Source: Octopus vulgaris (taxonomy: Eukaryota). Taken from it: 64,000 nucleotides of DNA. The stretch is from NCBI GenBank assembly GCA_951406725.2, contig OX597826.1, positions 52,576,001 to 52,640,000 of the forward strand, written 5' to 3'. The position numbers and the translations under genes were made by a program. Shown one piece after another: positions 56,066 through 64,000 of the stretch. Under the pieces are notes generated by a model, which was given only the letters and a program-made list of their open reading frames with translations, did not search any database and was not told the DNA's origin. Each line of letters begins with the position of its first letter. Within the stretch, counting starts at the first letter, position 1.

Positions 56066-59000
56066 ATATAAATATATACATTTACATATGTATATTTGTA
56101 ACTGTGTATACATACTTACATACACACACATACACATACATACATACATACATACATACATGCATACATACATACATACATACATACATACATACATACA
56201 TACATACATACATACATACATTCAAACGTGCATCAACATTTGAAAAAGAGAGAACATATCCTTTGACATATTATAGAAATCTTAGCTTGAAGTGGATCTG
56301 AATCCGTATTCTGAGCTTTATGTTGAATTGTAAATAATAAGCTTACCACAGTAAAATTTAACGTATATATAATAGAACAGTATATATTATTTCTACAAAA
56401 CACTCCACTTACATAATTCATTGAGACCAATGTAAAAAACAATTGGAAATCATGTTGGCTTTGGTGTCAAACTCATATCCTGTAATTATACTCAAAATTA
56501 AATCCACAAAATTATACCCCTGCAATTTTACTTTAGTATATGTCAAAGAAATTTGTGAAAAATAAGCCAGAACTGACTTTTTCCATCAATGGAAGAAATT
56601 ACAATACCAAAAGTGACCAACAACTATTCCTCACTTTTCTGATAAAGAGCTTTTGTCTGCAACCACACTTCCATTCTCTTCTCCACAAGAAACTAACTAA
56701 TGCCTCTTTGCAACCTCTGTTTGAGCTTATTGCCGACATAGACCATTACTAGTTTCAGTGTAATCAACTTTACATTGGTGAGTGTTGATGTATCTTGTAG
56801 GTGATGCAAATAGTATGAGATATTGTATTACTACGTGTGATTTCCAAACGGGTACGCTGTATATCCCGCGTATCAGGCTGGGTTGTTATTCGTGGAAACC
56901 AGAATGATTTACAATGCTAAATTTTTATGAAGAGATCGGTTTCAAAGACAGAAACTCATATTTTAGTAATCGTATGATGACTTTTATACATTTAATTTAT
57001 TCCCATTATTTTTATATTGTGACACTTGGCGGCAGAAGATATATTCCACATGCAGGCGAAAATGATATTTATTTATTATCATTATTTCATTTATTCATTT
57101 ATTTATTTATTTTTTATGCAAATGATGGAATATGCATGCTGCTCGAGGAATGCGTATTTAGAATGACAGTAAATTTCTTAAACACTGGCTTTAACTATAT
57201 TGCGTTCCTTACTTTGTATCTTTTTCGCTATTACTTTTGTTTCATTTGGCTACACACAGTTTGCTTTTTCGTGTAATTTCTTTGGCGATGCAATATGAAT
57301 AAACAGTATTGATTAAAATGGACCGATTTAATTATCTGTGCTTTCCCAATTTATTTTCAAATGTTAGTTCTGTATCGCGTCCAAGAAATTATATTTTACA
57401 AGTAGTATCTATTTTATCAGCATGTAACAATATTTACATTGTCAAGCATTTATGAGTGACATAAACAATTTCCTTTCCCAGTACCAGCTTCCATTTATGC
57501 TGTTGAAAGAATCCACTTTTCTATAGATGTTATTGTATGGCATTAATTTGAGTTTTAAGATTTTTCTGAAAAAGATAACCTTTATCTTCTCAACACGCCA
57601 AAACTTCGTAACCTTCTCTCTGTTTAATGGATATATTTTCCAAAGGATTAGTACTGCTTATAAATATACGTTTCGGATTAGATAGCAAATATTGCTATTA
57701 TAACATTTTAAGAAATAGTAATTTTATATCATTTACTCGTCAGTTAAATAATGTTTGTGTCCTTTATCTTGAAAGATTTCGGTGTGTTGGTAGATAATTC
57801 GAAACAATGAAACAAACATTGCACAATCGATATATTTAGTTTATGGGACTTGCTAATAACGATGAAATGGTACTGAGTTCATGGCATTTAGGGCATGGGG
57901 GTAAAGTCACAGCTGTGCGTCGATAGTTCTGATACAATTTATTTGTGATATAGACGCAACAATATAGGGATCAGTTGAATGGGAAATAGTATTCATAGCA
58001 CTCAACACATGAGATGGCAACGACTTATTATGAATCAAAGCAATAAGAATTATTGCTAACAAATAATTACATTAAAAAAGAAACAGATGATTGTGTTAGA
58101 AAAAAAATCTTTAAATCTGAAGTGATTGACCTTTAAGCATTATTAATAACAGCAATAACAGCATGTGAAAGGCGTCATGACCTAACTGACAGTCGTCAAG
58201 GCTACACATAACTTTCAGTTTCGCAACAGTTCAGAATAGAAGTAATAAAACGGAACGAGAACTAAGATAACAATCTACGCATTAAAATAATATAGCTAAA
58301 CACACACATAATTAATTATATGTGCGCGCCTGCATATACACACTGTCAAACCCAGACAGTCACATACGCACATACACAAATATATAGTGTGATCTGCCGC
58401 TTTATGAAACCACTTAGAGTTGCCCCGTTTAGCGCTGATTCGCTATAAGAGCTCTTTTTTCGAGGAGATAATATTTTATTGAGATGGAACATTATCAAAA
58501 AAACAAGTAGAACCCATAGGAATAACAGATTTTTATAAATTTTCTTGCTTTGATATTTTATATGAACTTACATATCTTCATTTATGTAAGTTAAAGATGA
58601 CATCAGATCAAGGCATTGAAAATAAAAAGATGTTGGCATTTCATCACAGAATCACCTAATTATTTCTGGTGTTCAAATGTAGCAACAGTTCATTCATATT
58701 TTGTTTCCATACTCGATTCCTTTCTCGTTCTTGTTTTTCGTACATGCTTTGCTTTCTTTGTTGCCTTTTCGTTCTTGATATCGTAACATACAATCCGTAG
58801 TCTTTTTAGCAACCATATTTTCTCTTCCAAGAGTGATCCTCTTTAATAATATACGTATATGTTCAATCATTTTGCATCTGTTAATTTTGTCTTAAATTTT
58901 CATTTGTTACTTCAAATTTTCGAATTGTGATGTTTAGTTAAATATAAAGTGGAAATAAAATTGTACAAATGAATTTGTATAAACGTAGAATGGTTACAAA

Positions 59001-59079
59001 AGCAATAAAAATGACAAGTAATGCCTTACTGCCTTAATACCATGCCGCTACCATGCACATAAAAGTGAAGGGGAGAGTA

Positions 59080-60050
59080 CTTTCTTCCTCTCAAAAGGTG
59101 AAAGTGTTTTATAGAAAGTGGAGTAACAGAATGAGTATGTTCGTGTAGAAATATATATTATGAAGGAATTTACGAATAATCATTCAAATTAATATATATT
59201 TCGTCATACACAAATATTTCACATAACTTTTTACTCTTCATAAATTTAAAATAGCTCAAATCTCAAGTACCGAAAGATCAGTAAAGTGTCGCGGAAAACC
59301 CTATATTATAAAAAATTGCAAATGTTGAAAGAAATGAAGCTGGTGTACGTCGAGAATCTCTGATCGTTTATTTTGTTTAAGTTGTCTCTCCAAACCGTTG
59401 TCAACATCGATGAAACAGTGCTTTTCTGATAAAGAAATCCATTCGACTTTCGTTACCCGAGGAATAAAAAAAATGCTTTTTGCTTCAAGGTTGTAGAAGA
59501 CAGTTTGGCACTACTACTTGACGATAATGCTTGAGGAGACGTCAACACAAAGACAACGCTCTTTCATCATCCAGAAATACTATGATATATGACAGAATTT
59601 TGAGATCAAACAGGAAGGCATGAATGACAATAGAATGTTTCAATAGTTTCATCTAAATTTTAGTTTAGCAACAAAAGGATATTACGAAGACCATAACTTA
59701 AAACTATGCCATTGTTAGAGATTGACAATGCTCCAGGTCACTTGTAGAATCTCGATACCCTTCAAGCCCGCAGTCTTGTCAAAGTCATTTACATACTAAC
59801 ACCATCTCCTTATTTCAATAGCCTTCTACGTTCATGGTACTTTAAACAACTCAGCGACGAAAGAGATGGTCAAAATATCTTATCGAGGACTTTATAAAAG
59901 CCGCTACTGTACCATGAAATAGATAAAATATCAGAGCAGTTGTAACAAAGGACGTTGTAACTGAGAACTGCATGAGAAGAGTTTGAACGAAGCAATGATA
60001 AGGAGCAAGCAGTGACTTTCTGAAATTACAAAGAAATGTTATCAACAGCC
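59080..60050 (+). mobile_element. Decayed pogo/Tigger-like (DDE_1) transposase remnant
   Basis: IDNAPGH at 59721-59741; upstream LALLLDDNA*GD and RSNRKA*MT resemble Tigger motifs. Limits approximate. Confidence 0.6.
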
Positions 60051-60574
60051 ACCATTGGGTTCACCTCCGAAAAAGAAAAGGAAAGTTGCAGGATGTCCAA
60101 ATCTTGGGTATCTTCAAGACTTTCCACTTCCCTCCTACATTTAGTTGCCCGCTTTTGCACACGGGAGCGTCATTCCTCTAATGTAGCAACCATTTCAGCA
60201 TGGATGTCCTTGGAGGCTAAACCCTTTTCTGTAAGTACTCGATAACACTACGATGTTAAATTTTGTTCATATTCAAGAGAATTCGCTTCAAGTTAATTTT
60301 GAAATCTTCTTTGAAGAATCAGTTATCTCTTTACCACGAAAGAGACAATGCAGTTAGTAATACGAAGTACTGAAATTACTGCATGCAAGATTTGACAGAA
60401 CTAGTATTACTTCTTCATAGTCAGCTTATGAAACTTTCAGTCCACCAGCATATATTTATTCATTGAATGAGTCTCTGGAAAAGATCCACGATATAAAATC
60501 TGTCTTCGAAATAGCTTTTGGTGATCATGGTGCTTTTGCTTAGAACTATATATTTAATCAGCGGTACTTAGGTA

Positions 60575-61123
60575 GGGGCAAGTGCGCTAGCGTGGGCGGG
60601 AGCAGGTGAGGGGAAATGGGCTACGACGGGGCGGGGGCGGTGAAAGTGAGCAGAGGTACGGTCCGCGGAACTTGCCCTGATGAGGGCAGTGTGGATAGTA
60701 GTGAGGAGATATCCAGGCAGAATGAAGTGGCGAGCCATGAGTTGAGACTAAGTCTCAAAGTCATAGTTGTCACTGCAGGGCCTGCGCAGAGGGAGGAATT
60801 GGGAGTAGAGGATGGAGAACTTGGTGTGGGTAGGAGGCGGTGAGAAGTTAAGGTAGGGGTGTGAGTCGGTGTGTTTATAGTGGATGGAGGTAGTGAGAGC
60901 GGAGTGGTGTATGTTGACAGAAATGACTAGAAATGCAACGAAAGTGTTGGAAATAGCGTACGAGAATTCGAGGGCAAGATGGATGGAGTGGACAAAAGGA
61001 AGGAGTCTAGTTGTTCGCGGGAGAGTGAGGTCGGAAGTGTGACCAGTGAATCGTGAGAATATTTAGGCTTCAAGGTAGGCAACGGACAGGTTCGCATAGT
61101 TAGGGCTCATTCTTGTTACCATA
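60575..61123 (-). pseudogene. Neptune-like PLE reverse transcriptase fragment
   Basis: MVTRMSPNYANLSVAYLE; LEFSYAISNTFVAFLVISV; TSIHYKHTDSHPYLNFS; TKFSILYSQFLPLRRPCSDNYDF; the YxDD region appears deleted. Confidence 0.88.
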
Positions 61124-62599
61124 TGTGTAACATACCATATATCAACTACAAAACAATATCTTTAAGGATGCCGTCTTTTATTCTAAGTTATTTACAAAGA
61201 ACTCACATCTGAAATGATTTTGCCTTTCTGTTCCGCCTCTATTCTTCTCTATTTCTCTCTGTCTTTGTCTGTCTCTACCTCTGTTTCCCTCTCTCTCTCC
61301 CACATACATTTACACAGATGCACGCGCATACACACACAGTGACACAAACACACACACCACACATACACACGCATACAAATACTGTCCCTAAATTTTTCTC
61401 TACACATCGACACTGTTATTTACATTAGGAACGACACTTATATTCTCTATCATCTCTGTCTCCTATTTATAATTTTTTTTATTTGACATATTTTCTCGTA
61501 TATCATTTAATCTATTTGGCTTTTCTTTTACACATTGTTCATTCTCTTTTGCTCTCTAATTTTTACTTTTTCCTGTGTACATACTTCCACTTCCTTTTTC
61601 TTTCCATTAATGTTTCAAGTTTTGTTAACTGCAAAGACGTAATGTTATCTGTAGAACTGAACTTGTATCCAAACAACTATCAATAACAACTTACTCCTGT
61701 GCATACATACATTTAAACTTTGACATGGCTGTGTTTAAATTTCTGCAGTGGAACTGAATATAATTTCTTCTAGAGAAACTACGTTAATTTGACGTAACTT
61801 TAATATAATGCAGCTTGGTTCAGCCTAAATTTCTTCCCTTATGCGGAATTTAGAGGGAATTACCATTACGTGAATTATTTATTACAAAAGATAAATCTAA
61901 TTTAGACCGATTAAAGTTTGATTAATCTGGTTTACATTGGAAAAGCATAGCATCCTCTTTTTTGATCTTGACTGAGTAACAGAAACTTAAACACAACCAA
62001 ACAAAGGAAAGAAGGGAAAGAAGAAACGAGAATAAAAGTAATAAATTTCGCTGTAATCTTTGCAGTTGTCATGGTAGTTTTACAATTTCAAGGCTTTCTC
62101 TGATGCATTCTAATTATTCGTCTATTGTTTTTACAACTTGAAAAAAAATGGCTATATTTTTCTAATTGATAATATCCCAAATGAAATTGGAGATTGGGAA
62201 AATAATTTTCAGCCCTCAGACTTGAAGTGAAGAATAAAATAAGCGTTTTATTCATTGGCTAATACAATGCTGGCAACAAACTTATTTTAACTAAGAAGGT
62301 TGTAAGAAAATGTTTAGAATATAATTTATTTATTACCTTTCATTAATACTAGTTTCTTAGCTACAATTAATAACAATTAGCAACTAAGTCGTATGATTAA
62401 TTCATGCATTTCTTGGCTACGGAATCTTCATTTTTTTTCACTTCAATTCTGTATTTCCTCCTTCCTTCACCAGTTACTAAATAGCGAAATTGGAACTTAA
62501 TAGCTATCAAGATAAAACTACCTTAAAGATATTGTTTTTTAGTTGATAAATGCTCTGCAGCTCATCAGAGGTGGTATATATACATCTCTTGCTCAACCT

Positions 62600-63450
62600 T
62601 AGAAATCTATTTTCGTTTAGGCATCTCTCACTCCATTAAACATGGAATCAAAAGAAATTGGTGCCTTCTGTGGCAGACTCTTTTCATCCACTCATCTTTT
62701 GTCATTTTCATTCCATTTTTCTTTTCTTACTGTCAACATTAGCATTCCACAAATCTCCAGCTTAAATCTATTCCATCACCACAAAACAACTCTTGCGCTT
62801 TGATAGATTCATAGGCTATTCGGTACCGTAGTTCGTTGGCCTTGACATTGCTGTCGTCTAAGGATTTCGCTTGCTTCGTCTTATAGTATGTGTCTTCGGG
62901 ACAGTGATTGATGGTGAGATCAGCAACGACCGTTAACTTTTCGAAGCCGTACATAGTTCAAAGTTCTGTAACCGTTTACTGTTATCTTCAATTTTCTCTG
63001 CTTTCTGCTTTTTGAAATGTTTCCCCGAATTGCTCTAAGAACAAAACGTATACCAGCTTGATCCGCAGAGTGTGCCATTCGATTAATCTGCCTCCTCTCC
63101 GTCCAACAATGGGAAATAAGTCTGAGATAATGATATGGGTATTCAGAGATCATTAGAAGCAGGAAGTGTGCACTGACCATATCTTTGTGCAAGTTGCCCC
63201 GCGAGAGAAGCTTTTTCACTGCCGATGAACTTAGTATCAATAGGGATCCTATATTAATTCACCATTCTGTAAATGATGTGGGATGCGCCAGGTCTGTGTT
63301 TCCAAATTCTCCATCCCAATAGATGGAGTTTAGTGAGAATTTCCTCCGAGTTCCCTCTCGAAGATATGTTACTTGCTTCTTTTCTTTACCTGGTAAATTT
63401 TTCAAGCAAAGAGAAACTCCGTTATTTGGCATACTCCTCTGGTGGAATTA
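62600..63450 (-). pseudogene. Unidentified decayed intronless coding sequence, probably transposon-derived
   Basis: Chained frames ...IYWDGEFGNTDLAHPTSFTEW*INIG-LILSSSAVKKLL...LRLISHCWTERR...RKLKITVNGYRTL / YGFEKLTVVADL...KANELRYRIAYESIKAQ with normal protein-like composition. Confidence 0.5.
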
Positions 63451-64000
63451 TTTCGAGGATCACCTTCGGACCTAACACTAGCAAAATATACTACATTGTC
63501 GTTGAGATCCGTTGTCTTTATACTGTTTATCATTTAAATTAATATTTTCCACATTATATGTTTTTTGTGATTCCTACTGTACAACAAAAGGCGGTTGTTT
63601 CAAACCTTTCTGTTTCTTGAATTTTTTTTTCAATTCTGTTTTCCCGTTTGAAATTATTTGAGAGTACCACGCTTGTTTACGCTATTGAACCTAGTGCTAC
63701 CACCCCTCAAGGAAAATATTGCAATGGGTTAACTGCAGACAAATATATAATTAAATCAAGCAGATTCAAAGGATATTTCCCGCCACAGGATGATAATTAA
63801 CGACGACAACAACAAAACCGAAAGTTGCAGCAGCAATAGCAACAATAACAACTATTCATTCGATGTTTGGCACAAAGTCAGCAATTCTAAGAGTCAATTA
63901 CATAAAATCCAGTGTTCAACTGGTAATTATTTTATCGAATGTCAAAGGCACAAGTGGCCACAGCGAGATTTCGTGCTTAGCACGAAAAGAGAAGAAAGAA

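Overview
AT-rich, apparently gene-free eukaryotic DNA. The SINE families and huge (TA)n tracts resemble a coleoid cephalopod (Octopus-like) genome; this is inferred from repeat content only. No host protein-coding exon could be supported, and most ORF-track entries are microsatellite artefacts. The window is a mosaic of transposable elements: Tx1-like, CR1-type, R4/Dong-type and RTE-like LINE remnants, a Ty3/Gypsy remnant, Tc1/mariner, pogo/Tigger, hAT and Chapaev3-like DNA transposons, tRNA-derived SINEs and many Penelope-like element (PLE) pieces. The most notable signal is a set of about a dozen type-I hammerhead ribozyme (HHR) motifs read by hand, mostly in elements inserted into (TA)n and often in inverted pairs. 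They include a near full-length PLE (32405-36515) with ~625-bp inverted pseudo-LTRs, a 352-nt terminally redundant retrozyme-like element with a canonical HHR (28066-28462), and HHRs with unusual cores (G3-C8 swap GUGAACA; CUGUUGA). All folds and family calls were made by eye, without database searches.
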